Origin: a virus
IMG/VR virus record: IMGVR_UViG_3300031951_000034
Location: 67,289-131,288 of that record
DNA length: 64,000 nucleotides
Direction: 5' to 3' (one strand)
The notes below the pieces were generated by a model. That model worked only from the letters and a program-made list of their open reading frames with translations, was not told the origin of the DNA and searched no databases. Below are positions 1 to 8,610 of this stretch, piece by piece; within the stretch, counting starts at the first letter, position 1, and each line of letters begins with the position of its first letter. The translations under genes and the position numbers were made by a program.

Positions 1-308
1 TAAAAAAGTTACAATACGCTGCCCAGTCTCTGGAGACTTTATACTTACCGAATGCGCGCAAATCATTGGGCATGAGTCTAATGACGAAACAAAAAATATT
101 TTAAAAGATCTATTTACAGCTCTCGATGAATCCTCAAGAGTAGAAAAAAGTATAGTCAATAAAGATGTAGTTTATACTCCATTTGATACTTCTATAAAAG
201 AGGGCGTAGGGCATTTCTTGAAAGAATTAAATTTAGATATAGAAGATGACATAGAGGATATAAAATTTAATTTTCTATCTAAATGTTCTAAAATCTTCAC
301 CAAAGTAT

Positions 309-716
309 ATGAGCACAACAAAAACAAAAAATACGACACAGGAAGACAATAACGTGGATCAATCCACTGAAAGCAAGCCAACGACGTCAGCAGAGGTAGA
401 CCAACAAATTGGTGATCAAGCAAAGATAGCCGCAAGGCTTGCGGCGTCCATTTCTCCAGTTATAGCGAGAGAAATACTTAGCGGTAAAATATCTTTTGCT
501 GCTCTTACGGTAATTGTAGATAATAAATATAGCGGCACCTTTCCATTTCAGCACGTCATATCAGACGAAGCTACGGAACAGGAAAAACAAGATCATCGAC
601 TCAATACCGCAAAAAATAATATGCTTGCAGCAATAGAATTTTCTAGAACTGCTGGTGTATTTAAAAATAAATCACTTAGATCTTTTGAAGAAGGTTTTTT
701 TGATTCAGGTGTATAA
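309..716 (+). CDS. hypothetical protein
   Basis: 135-aa ORF on the main coding strand, followed by a terminator hairpin. Confidence 0.6.
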   Translation: MSTTKTKNTTQEDNNVDQSTESKPTTSAEVDQQIGDQAKIAARLAASISPVIAREILSGKISFAALTVIVDNKYSGTFPFQHVISDEATEQEKQDHRLNTAKNNMLAAIEFSRTAGVFKNKSLRSFEEGFFDSGV

Positions 717-737
717 AAAAATAAACAACTTTAAAGC

Positions 738-766
738 AAGGGGCACACAATGTGTGCCCCTTTTTT
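738..766 (+). terminator. intrinsic terminator
   Basis: aaggggcacaca-a-tgtgtgcccctt followed by T-tract. Confidence 0.8.
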
Positions 767-783
767 ATTTAACAAACTAAAAA

Positions 784-2559
784 ATGAGTTCAATTATCAA
801 AGACTTTGTATCCTCTAATATTCCATTGATATGGGTATACACACAGGAAGAAGACAGGTTCTTAAGCGACGAATCTAGCGCGTTACTAGGAAAGAAAACA
901 ATTAATAGATTATATATATATGATGCTTCCGACACTATTAGGGATATAGAGAGAAGCCAAATTCAACCAAATCCTCAAATAATAGATACATCTGATAATG
1001 GAGGAGCAGCTCATGCAATTGAGATATTCAGTTCGGTTGCAGATGCTCCATACGAAGCGTGTGAGATTGACGGGACAAATGTTTGGGATATTACCCAGAA
1101 AAAACTTTTTCCTGAAAAATCATTAATGATAATGTTTGACGTAGCTTTTTACATGACTGACGCAAACAAGACTAAACACACTAATGCATACCTAACTAGA
1201 AAAATAAAAAATGCATTACCAAATTTGTTGATGCAAAATAAAGGTATTGTAATAGTAAATCACCACAAAGACATACCAATTGAGCTTGAAAATATCGTAA
1301 CATACGTTGAGCATAAATTGCCAGACGTTGGTAGGATGAAGTCCTTGGTCAGGAGTAGTCAGAACTCTATGTCTATTGCCGGTATACCGTCTATTAGCCT
1401 GAGTGAAGATGAAACAATTAATATTGCTCAATCTTTGACTGGTTTAACTCAGTGGCAAGCTGAAAATGTTTTGTCTCTTGCAAATAGAGCTAACTCTATT
1501 GAGTATAGACAAAATAAGACTCAGCATCGCAACTTTAAAACGGATGTAATAAAGAAGGAGAAATCTAGATTGTTCTCTAAATCTGGGGTGCTAAAAATCA
1601 TTGAAAGTGATTGGGGCATGGATCAGGTTGGAGGAATGGAAAACCTAAAGCAATGGGCAAAAGACAGGACATTGATTTTCAACCATGAGGCCAGAGAAGA
1701 TGGAATAGATCTGCCCAAGGGTTTATGTGTCGTAGGCCCTGGTGGTACTGGCAAGAGCTGGGTCGCTCAAGCGTTAGGAGTTGAGTGGGACAGATCTGTA
1801 CTTAGGCTCGATATTGGAGCCTGTATGGGTAGTCTTTTGGGCGAGTCTGAGAGTAGATTAATCAAAGCTTTAACAGACGCTGAGGCGCAAGCTCCCTGCA
1901 TTCTTTTTGTGGACGAGTTTGAGAAATTGTTCGCCGGAGCAGGGGGTGGAGGAAATTTAGACGGAGGTACTTTTCAGCGCATGTATGGTACATGGTTGAC
2001 TTGGACTCAATCAAGAAAAAGTGATGTATTTGTTGTTGCCACTACAAATAGTATTACAAATATCCCAGCTCCAGCTTTACGAAAGGGCAGATTTGATGAA
2101 GTTATGTATGTTGGACTGCCAGGGTTAAAACAAAGAAAAGAAATATTTTCAATTCATCTAAGAAAAAGAGGATGGGAACCATCTCAATACAATATAGATA
2201 TAGATAAATTAGCTATAAATACTCCAAATAGAACTGGATCTGAAATCGAGCAAATTGTGATAGAGGGATTAATTAAAAAAGTGAAGAGAGTTGGATTTGG
2301 TAAAGAAAACCCAATTACAACAGACCTTCTTATGGAGTCCATAAATGATGTAAAGATTATGGCAGAGCTAAATCCAGAAGAATCCAAAAACCTTTTAGAT
2401 TGGGCAAAAAGCCATAAAGTTTTAATGGCTAATAAAGAAGATGATGAGCCTGTTTCTAATAAGATAATAGGAGTTGGTCAAAACACATTCAATAGAATGT
2501 CTGGAGTTGGAGCAAGCACCGAACAAAGAAAGATTGAATTAAATGAAGATGACATCTGA
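784..2559 (+). CDS. AAA+ ATPase, Ycf46-like
   Basis: Walker A GPGGTGKS, Walker B ILFVDEFEK, SRH-like PALRKGRFDE, DQVGGMENLKQW; degenerate N-terminal AAA-like half. Confidence 0.85.
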   Translation: MSSIIKDFVSSNIPLIWVYTQEEDRFLSDESSALLGKKTINRLYIYDASDTIRDIERSQIQPNPQIIDTSDNGGAAHAIEIFSSVADAPYEACEIDGTNVWDITQKKLFPEKSLMIMFDVAFYMTDANKTKHTNAYLTRKIKNALPNLLMQNKGIVIVNHHKDIPIELENIVTYVEHKLPDVGRMKSLVRSSQNSMSIAGIPSISLSEDETINIAQSLTGLTQWQAENVLSLANRANSIEYRQNKTQHRNFKTDVIKKEKSRLFSKSGVLKIIESDWGMDQVGGMENLKQWAKDRTLIFNHEAREDGIDLPKGLCVVGPGGTGKSWVAQALGVEWDRSVLRLDIGACMGSLLGESESRLIKALTDAEAQAPCILFVDEFEKLFAGAGGGGNLDGGTFQRMYGTWLTWTQSRKSDVFVVATTNSITNIPAPALRKGRFDEVMYVGLPGLKQRKEIFSIHLRKRGWEPSQYNIDIDKLAINTPNRTGSEIEQIVIEGLIKKVKRVGFGKENPITTDLLMESINDVKIMAELNPEESKNLLDWAKSHKVLMANKEDDEPVSNKIIGVGQNTFNRMSGVGASTEQRKIELNEDDI

Positions 2560-2743
2560 GCAGAAGCAATTAATGGAAGAACTTGAACATTATAAAATAA
2601 CAAGCCAAGAAGACCTTGAAAACTGGATACAAAATTATTGTGAGTATCTAGTCGCAGAAGGTATAGCTGGCGAAAAATCAAACGGTAAATACTATATCAA
2701 AACAGAAGAACAAATAAAAAAAGAACTAGAGGAGATAATATAA
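2543..2743 (+). CDS. small hypothetical protein
   Basis: 66-aa ORF coupled to both neighbours. Confidence 0.5.
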   Translation: MKMTSEQKQLMEELEHYKITSQEDLENWIQNYCEYLVAEGIAGEKSNGKYYIKTEEQIKKELEEII

Positions 2744-2744
2744 T

Positions 2745-3131
2745 ATGTCACACATGGTCGTTATGTCGATGCCCGAAATCAAAGACTTGGAGGTACTTAA
2801 AAAAGCCTGCAACAGACTCGGGCTTAAATTAGATCTAAACAAAAAGAGCGCTAAATATTACGCAGGACAAAACATGAAATGTGATGCCGTAATTTCTAGC
2901 GATAAAAGCACATATGAAATAGCTGTTATCAAAAAGGGGAATGGGTATGAGATTCAGGCTGATTTATTTGACGCTAGACTCAAAGAAATAGTTGGGCCAA
3001 AAGCTGGAAAGCTTAGTCAAGCTTATCAAATTGAGCAGCATAAAAAGACTGCCAAGCTGAAAGGTTATCAAGTGCTTGGTGAAAAAATAAACCCAACTAA
3101 CGGAAATATTGAACTGAGGGTCAGAATGTAA
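2745..3131 (+). CDS. DUF1257 (Ycf35-like) family protein
   Basis: MSH...IKDLEVLKKACNRLG start, LSQAYQIE near the C-terminus; usual neighbour of Ycf46-type AAA. Confidence 0.7.
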   Translation: MSHMVVMSMPEIKDLEVLKKACNRLGLKLDLNKKSAKYYAGQNMKCDAVISSDKSTYEIAVIKKGNGYEIQADLFDARLKEIVGPKAGKLSQAYQIEQHKKTAKLKGYQVLGEKINPTNGNIELRVRM

Positions 3132-3331
3132 TGAGCGATAAAATAGTTAAAATTACGATAACTCCAGAGGGAGAAGCTAAAATAGACGCACAAGGATTCA
3201 CTGGTGGATCATGCAAAGACGCAACAAAGATATTTGAAAATTTGTATTCAAATAAACTTGATTATGCAGATAAGCCAGAGCTGTATCAAGGAGCTAGTTG
3301 CGCGTCTCAATCTGTGAATGTAAATCAATAA
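3131..3331 (+). CDS. DUF2997 family protein
   Basis: KITITPEGEAKIDAQGFTGGSCKDAT pattern; usual neighbour of DUF1257. Confidence 0.7.
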   Translation: MSDKIVKITITPEGEAKIDAQGFTGGSCKDATKIFENLYSNKLDYADKPELYQGASCASQSVNVNQ

Positions 3332-3332
3332 T

Positions 3333-3719
3333 ATGCCATCTAAGGAAAAGAAAGTTAATGATATTTCTATAAACTTCTTGGATGACGGATCTGTAAAAAG
3401 TATATATTACGATGAATTTTTTGGCATTAATGATTCAAACAATCTTAAAGTCGAAAGAATAACTGATGTAGAGTTCGATAATGCTACCCAGAAATGGGTA
3501 GCAAGATTGATTTCTACAGGGGAAATAATATCAACGCATAAATTAAGAAATAAAGTTTTGGCTGATGAGGTAAAGGCAGCAAGTAAAATGTTGTTCAACG
3601 GTATAGAAATACAGCCAAGCAAAATCAAAAGAAATGAAAGCAAAAAAACAAAAAAAAGCAAAGTTAGCTCAAAGATCAAACTCTACAATTGTAAAACCAC
3701 AAAAAGTAAATCTAAATGA
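3333..3719 (+). CDS. hypothetical protein
   Basis: ORF in operon; ERITDVEFDNATQKW motif; basic tail overlaps next ORF. Confidence 0.55.
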   Translation: MPSKEKKVNDISINFLDDGSVKSIYYDEFFGINDSNNLKVERITDVEFDNATQKWVARLISTGEIISTHKLRNKVLADEVKAASKMLFNGIEIQPSKIKRNESKKTKKSKVSSKIKLYNCKTTKSKSK

Positions 3720-4122
3720 AGATCAAAGATATATATTACTATGTAATATAGTTGATTATTTGGGTTCATACGGAATTACAAAAAACAAAGAAATATCTGA
3801 ACTTGCTAATGTTCTTCTAAGTCATGATAAACTTAGAGGAATAAAAAGATCTAACACTTGCTATAGAAAAAAAGTGATAGGAGAAAAATCAAAGTTTAAT
3901 GAAGCACTGAGTTCTGTTGACAATAATATTGAGAACAATGCTCCAGTATATACTGAGTATTATTCTTCTAATAAATCTTGCAAAAACAATGAGTGCAAAA
4001 TTAATCCCGAAAATAATAATCAAACCAAAACTAGGTTAATTAACCAGGATGAAATCAATGTAATAATCGGGGAAATAATGTCTTTCATGAAAAACATTAA
4101 ACTTCCTTCGATGGCTGGCTAA
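3634..4122 (+). CDS. hypothetical protein
   Basis: 162-aa ORF ending before a terminator. Confidence 0.5.
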   Translation: MKAKKQKKAKLAQRSNSTIVKPQKVNLNEDQRYILLCNIVDYLGSYGITKNKEISELANVLLSHDKLRGIKRSNTCYRKKVIGEKSKFNEALSSVDNNIENNAPVYTEYYSSNKSCKNNECKINPENNNQTKTRLINQDEINVIIGEIMSFMKNIKLPSMAG

Positions 4123-4143
4123 CACAACAAAAACAACTTAATT

Positions 4144-4179
4144 GCGGGATAGTATTTAAATATACTATCCCGCTTTTTT
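4144..4179 (+). terminator. intrinsic terminator
   Basis: gcgggatagtat-ttaaat-atactatcccgc plus T6. Confidence 0.8.
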
Positions 4180-4182
4180 ATT

Positions 4183-5244
4183 ATGAGCGTAATAACAGCA
4201 GAACAAATAAAGGAATCTAACAACGAAATATCTTGGGCCCAAAAACTGTCTTCTGACATCTTTAAACATGGTGTCTTGATAAACGTTACAATTAGCAGAT
4301 GGGAGGCTAAATTAACTCAAACAGAAGACGATCAACAGGTTCTTGGAATAGATACAGATAATACAATTTATACTCCTGGTTTCAAGTATTTGATCCCAGT
4401 AAAAAAAATGTCTAAGTTTTCTGTATATAGAACAAAATTAAATAATTTACTTGATAGGTCTTGCTATAGGGTACCAGGACTAAAGGGGTCTAGGTTTGTA
4501 CCAAAAGATTATTACCCTACTTTAAAGAACTTTTTAAACTCCGAGAAACAGAGATTCAATAAGGAAGTAGAAATCTTTAGAGAAGAGTATCCAGGACTCA
4601 AGGAAAAACAAATAAATAAATTCAATGAAAAATATCCAGAATACTCTGGATATATGGATCAGTTTTACCCATCAGAAAACGAAATAGCTAGAAAATTTAA
4701 TTATTCTTGGACTATTTATTCATGGGCACAAACAGAAATAACTGAAATAGCTATAGATGCTAAAAATGACTTATCAGAGAAAGCTGCGCAACTTGTATAT
4801 CAGGCTGGTATGCAAATAAGAGAGCATATTGTAAAGGCAACTGAAGATGTTGTAGCTGTTATACAAAGCGGTAGAAAACATACTCGCGGTCAAAACGTAA
4901 GGATGCACTCTATAACGAATTTTACAAAAAGGCTTAACGAGCTTAAACAGATAAATTTGTTTAACGATCCAGACGTAGAGAAAACCATCAATAATGCATG
5001 TGAAGCTGTTTCTCGTGTATCTAATTGGAATAAAAATGATTCGGATGCACTGGACCTTGAAGCAAGTCTAACTAGGATAGTTGGTACACTTAAAAAAGAG
5101 GTCGAAGAAATTCAAGAAAATCCAGAACGCATGACAGTAATAAGAAAAGCGATTGAGGAGTCAGAAACTGATGAAAACGAGCAAGAGGTTAATGTATCCT
5201 CAGTGAGAAGAAATATTTACATTTCTAATGAAGACACAGAATAA
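4183..5244 (+). CDS. DUF3150-like protein
   Basis: GVLINVTISRW...PGFKYLIP...RFVPKDYY...YP.ENEIARKFNYSW pattern recalled for this family; context with AAA/DUF1257/DUF2997. Confidence 0.5.
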   Translation: MSVITAEQIKESNNEISWAQKLSSDIFKHGVLINVTISRWEAKLTQTEDDQQVLGIDTDNTIYTPGFKYLIPVKKMSKFSVYRTKLNNLLDRSCYRVPGLKGSRFVPKDYYPTLKNFLNSEKQRFNKEVEIFREEYPGLKEKQINKFNEKYPEYSGYMDQFYPSENEIARKFNYSWTIYSWAQTEITEIAIDAKNDLSEKAAQLVYQAGMQIREHIVKATEDVVAVIQSGRKHTRGQNVRMHSITNFTKRLNELKQINLFNDPDVEKTINNACEAVSRVSNWNKNDSDALDLEASLTRIVGTLKKEVEEIQENPERMTVIRKAIEESETDENEQEVNVSSVRRNIYISNEDTE

Positions 5245-6859
5245 AGCAATACAATACAAAGTATTTTTGATTCCTAAAAAAACAAAAAAATTTAATAAAA
5301 AAAATAATATATGTATTGAAAAGAAATTTGCGGCAAACTTTTTAGATGTTAATTCAAATAACTCTAACAAGTTTATACACAAATTAGCAAAATTCACTAA
5401 TTGCTTGTCACAAGATACTAGACGAGAAATATTAAGTGAGTTTAATATTTCTAATTATTCTAAGAAATTCTGTAAAACGCTAAAGGATGTTTTCTATGGA
5501 TATGATAGTAACTCTGCTGAACATATGAGATATTTTTCAGAGTTAATCACATTTCTAGAGGAGTGCATTATACCCAGAAAAGAAGACCACCGGGTAATTT
5601 TAGCTCCACAAGACGAACTAAAGCAGGTTCAATCAGGAATTGCGGAACAATTAAATAGGTTTAAGCCACATATAAATGCATTTGGATTCGCAAAAAACAA
5701 GTCTGCTTTGGATTCAGTGAATCTTCATTTATTCAAGAATGAAAAACCTGAATTATTAATCAATGTTGATGTGAAAAACTTTTTCGGAAGTTTTACGGAA
5801 AAACAAATAAAGAGTTCATTGCTTGCACATCAAATAATAGAAGAAGATGTATCTAATATAATAGATGTTTGCAGCATAAAATTAAATAAACGAAATATAT
5901 CGAAGTTAATAAGCTTGATTTGCTGCTCTGTTGTTGACTTTAATCATTTAAGAGTATCTTTGATTGAAAAGTCAATTGGATCAAAAGAAATAAATTCATA
6001 TTTGTATCCCAGAAGTTCTTATGTATGCACAGAAAGACAACACCAAGTGTTTGGAGCTGAAAGGCCAAGACTTGGCCTTTCAGCAGCTGAAAGGCCAAGT
6101 ACGTTTCAGGACTTTTGCGTTTTATTTCCGATTCATGGGCAATTAAATCAATATAATATAACAGAAGCCATAAAAAAGGACCGCGAGATATTCAAACTGT
6201 TTATGTCGGAGTTCATTGAAAAATGCGTATACAATGCATTTGAAATGAAATGGGTAAACAAAGATACAATACTTAAAATAATAAAGGATCTATTTAACAT
6301 AGGACCATCAATAAAATTTGATGATTATTTTTTGCCTCAAGGATCTCCAGCTAGTCCAGTTATAACAAATATAGCTTTTAAGTTATTAGACTATCGCTTA
6401 ACTAGATTATCCGAAGAAAAGGGAGCTGTTTATTCTAGATATGCTGATGATCTTTCTTTTACTTGGCCAACCAGGCACGGTAAAAAATTCATAAATATTT
6501 TTATGTATAAAGTTGGAAAAATTTTATCCATGAATGGTTTTGAACTAAATAAAAAGAAAAGCAAAGTAATTGGTACTGGCGGTAGAATGGAGATACTTGG
6601 GTACGTAATGAACAGCGGTAAGCCAACCATTGCCCCTGCGTATGTAGAGGCAGTAAGGACAGAAATATTAAAACTAAAGGACAAAATAAAAGATGGATTA
6701 ATTCAAAACGAACTAAGGTTTTTGTCAGAATGTTCAAAGATAAAAGGTAAAATAAATTTTATCGCATCTGCAAATCCTCACAAGGCAGACAAATTGTCTA
6801 GCTTGCTGTCAATAATTAATCCTCCAATCTCCAATAGAAGGAAGATATCGGCGGATTAG
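5228..6859 (+). CDS. RNA-directed DNA polymerase, retron-type, with large internal insertion
   Basis: RVILAPQDELKQVQ, AFGFAKNKSALDSVNLH (NAxxH-like), DVKNFF, LPQGSPASP, YSRYADDLSFT, NKKKSKV, MEILGYVMN (VTG position); all three catalytic Asp present. Confidence 0.9.
   Translation: MKTQNKAIQYKVFLIPKKTKKFNKKNNICIEKKFAANFLDVNSNNSNKFIHKLAKFTNCLSQDTRREILSEFNISNYSKKFCKTLKDVFYGYDSNSAEHMRYFSELITFLEECIIPRKEDHRVILAPQDELKQVQSGIAEQLNRFKPHINAFGFAKNKSALDSVNLHLFKNEKPELLINVDVKNFFGSFTEKQIKSSLLAHQIIEEDVSNIIDVCSIKLNKRNISKLISLICCSVVDFNHLRVSLIEKSIGSKEINSYLYPRSSYVCTERQHQVFGAERPRLGLSAAERPSTFQDFCVLFPIHGQLNQYNITEAIKKDREIFKLFMSEFIEKCVYNAFEMKWVNKDTILKIIKDLFNIGPSIKFDDYFLPQGSPASPVITNIAFKLLDYRLTRLSEEKGAVYSRYADDLSFTWPTRHGKKFINIFMYKVGKILSMNGFELNKKKSKVIGTGGRMEILGYVMNSGKPTIAPAYVEAVRTEILKLKDKIKDGLIQNELRFLSECSKIKGKINFIASANPHKADKLSSLLSIINPPISNRRKISAD
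6055..6099. repeat. perfect 14-bp hairpin plus a third direct copy inside the RT gene
   Basis: gctgaaaggccaag (6056-6069)-a-cttggcctttcagc (6071-6084); agctgaaaggccaag at 6055-6069 and 6085-6099. Confidence 0.9.
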
Positions 6860-6874
6860 AAATAAGAAATATTA

Positions 6875-7417
6875 ATGTCTAAGAAAAGTAAGAAAAATGA
6901 AATACAAATAAATCCTGGCGACAATGTGTTGCTGCAATTACCCAAAAACCAACCAGGAAGAAATGTTTGCTGCTCTGTTCGTGTGCTAAACAGAAAATGT
7001 GAATCACCCGACAAATTCATTGGACAAGTAATTGAGATAGTTTCAATGGATTACTCAAACAAAGATTTTGTTCCTGGAAAAATATTAGAATTGCCTAAAT
7101 CCAAAATAGTATCGGCACATTCATCTATGTTAAACGGAGAAAAAACCTTTTTGACAATTGACGTCTCAAATGGTTGTATTTCCGCAATATACAGGACGGA
7201 TGGCGAGATAGAACCAATAAATGTTAGAGTGATTGACACCGACTATGAGTCTGATCAAGTATTCAGGGTTGATGCCGTGTCTGCACCATTAATAACTAAG
7301 GTAATAAATGAACAAAATGATCTTCCCAATATTTTTTCATCAGAAGAATTAAATAATGAAGGCTACATAGGAGTAACTGGGGATCCTGGTCCGATAGGGC
7401 CGCCTGGAATACCATAA
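6875..7417 (+). CDS. hypothetical protein with short Gly-X-Y tail
   Basis: 180-aa ORF directly after the RT; ends GVTGDPGPIGPPGIP. Confidence 0.6.
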   Translation: MSKKSKKNEIQINPGDNVLLQLPKNQPGRNVCCSVRVLNRKCESPDKFIGQVIEIVSMDYSNKDFVPGKILELPKSKIVSAHSSMLNGEKTFLTIDVSNGCISAIYRTDGEIEPINVRVIDTDYESDQVFRVDAVSAPLITKVINEQNDLPNIFSSEELNNEGYIGVTGDPGPIGPPGIP

Positions 7418-7455
7418 TTATAAGTCATAAATAAAATACAATAACCTAAAATATA

Positions 7456-8610
7456 GTGAAAATTAAAATCGCACACTTAGCGGATCTACACATAGGAAGT
7501 TACCAATACGGAATAACAAAAAGAAAATTAAATACTTACAAAAATAATTTAAAAATAGCAAAAGAAATTTCATTAAAACATAATCTTGTTATTGTCGCTG
7601 GAGACGTGTTCGACTCTGTCGAACCCTCTCCAGATGACGTAAAATGCTGGATAGATATGTGTAAAATCTGGTGGGACAGTAATTGCAAGGTTATTGCTTG
7701 CTCGGGAAATCATGACAAGGTGGTAGGTCAACATCAGTGGGTTGATCTAGGAAATGAAGAGGGTTTTAGCTCTGAATCAGAACTAGACGAGTCCGGCTCC
7801 AAATACATTATAAACGAAAAACTGTCTCCACTTAAAATTGTATGGATTAGCCATACAAAAAAGTCTGAGCTAAAAACAAAGATAGACAAGATTCCAGATG
7901 GACTGGATATAATAATGATGCATCAATCAGCTGGTCATTTTTTGGCATCTATCATGAGGCCAGAACTAGATGAGGATGATATGTCATTATTGTCTAAAAA
8001 ATGTAAATATTTAGCTCTTGGTGATTTACATATTCATAAAAAAATGCAGATTGGTGAATGTACGGTATGCTATCCAGGAAATGTGGATTTCTTGAGGTTA
8101 TGTGATATGTATAATAATTTTAGATACATATCACTTATATATGACTCCGAAAAATCATCAATTGAGTCTATTACATCTGTTCCTTATACACCGCATCAGA
8201 GTACAAACATTTTTAACTTTGAGTCGAGTACAGATTGTATAGAAAAAATAATGGGTTCAAGTGATTTTAACATATTTAGATATGACCCAGATAAGTCGTC
8301 AGACGTAATGACGGTTATAGATAAAATAAAATCAAATGAATTGCTCGCTGACAGCGTTTACTACTTCCATAAAAACGTATTCAAGAAAGAAAAGGTAGAG
8401 TCAGGTGAGACGGACATTAACGAAACAAGTTGTTTCAATAATGACGCACAGTTTCTAAATCTTGCGAAAAAAGAAAAAACACTAGATTTGAGGGACTTCA
8501 AAATAGTTGAAGATATATGGACAAATTCTACACCAGAATTTGTAAAACAAATATTAATGAGTGATTTAAAAAAGGAACTAGATGAAAGTATCAAAAGTGA
8601 TTCTGAATAA
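7456..8610 (+). CDS. SbcD/Mre11-like nuclease (gp47-like)
   Basis: HLADLHIG, VAGDVFD, SGNHD, MMHQ, ALGDLH, YPG metallophosphoesterase motifs; adjacent to SMC ATPase. Confidence 0.85.
   Translation: MKIKIAHLADLHIGSYQYGITKRKLNTYKNNLKIAKEISLKHNLVIVAGDVFDSVEPSPDDVKCWIDMCKIWWDSNCKVIACSGNHDKVVGQHQWVDLGNEEGFSSESELDESGSKYIINEKLSPLKIVWISHTKKSELKTKIDKIPDGLDIIMMHQSAGHFLASIMRPELDEDDMSLLSKKCKYLALGDLHIHKKMQIGECTVCYPGNVDFLRLCDMYNNFRYISLIYDSEKSSIESITSVPYTPHQSTNIFNFESSTDCIEKIMGSSDFNIFRYDPDKSSDVMTVIDKIKSNELLADSVYYFHKNVFKKEKVESGETDINETSCFNNDAQFLNLAKKEKTLDLRDFKIVEDIWTNSTPEFVKQILMSDLKKELDESIKSDSE

Noticed and set aside
5228-6859. Group II intron or DGR interpretation of the RT
   Set aside because: No maturase/X or En domain or intron-like flanks (the gene is tightly packed between ORFs); motifs are retron-like; no Avd-like gene or template repeat seen.
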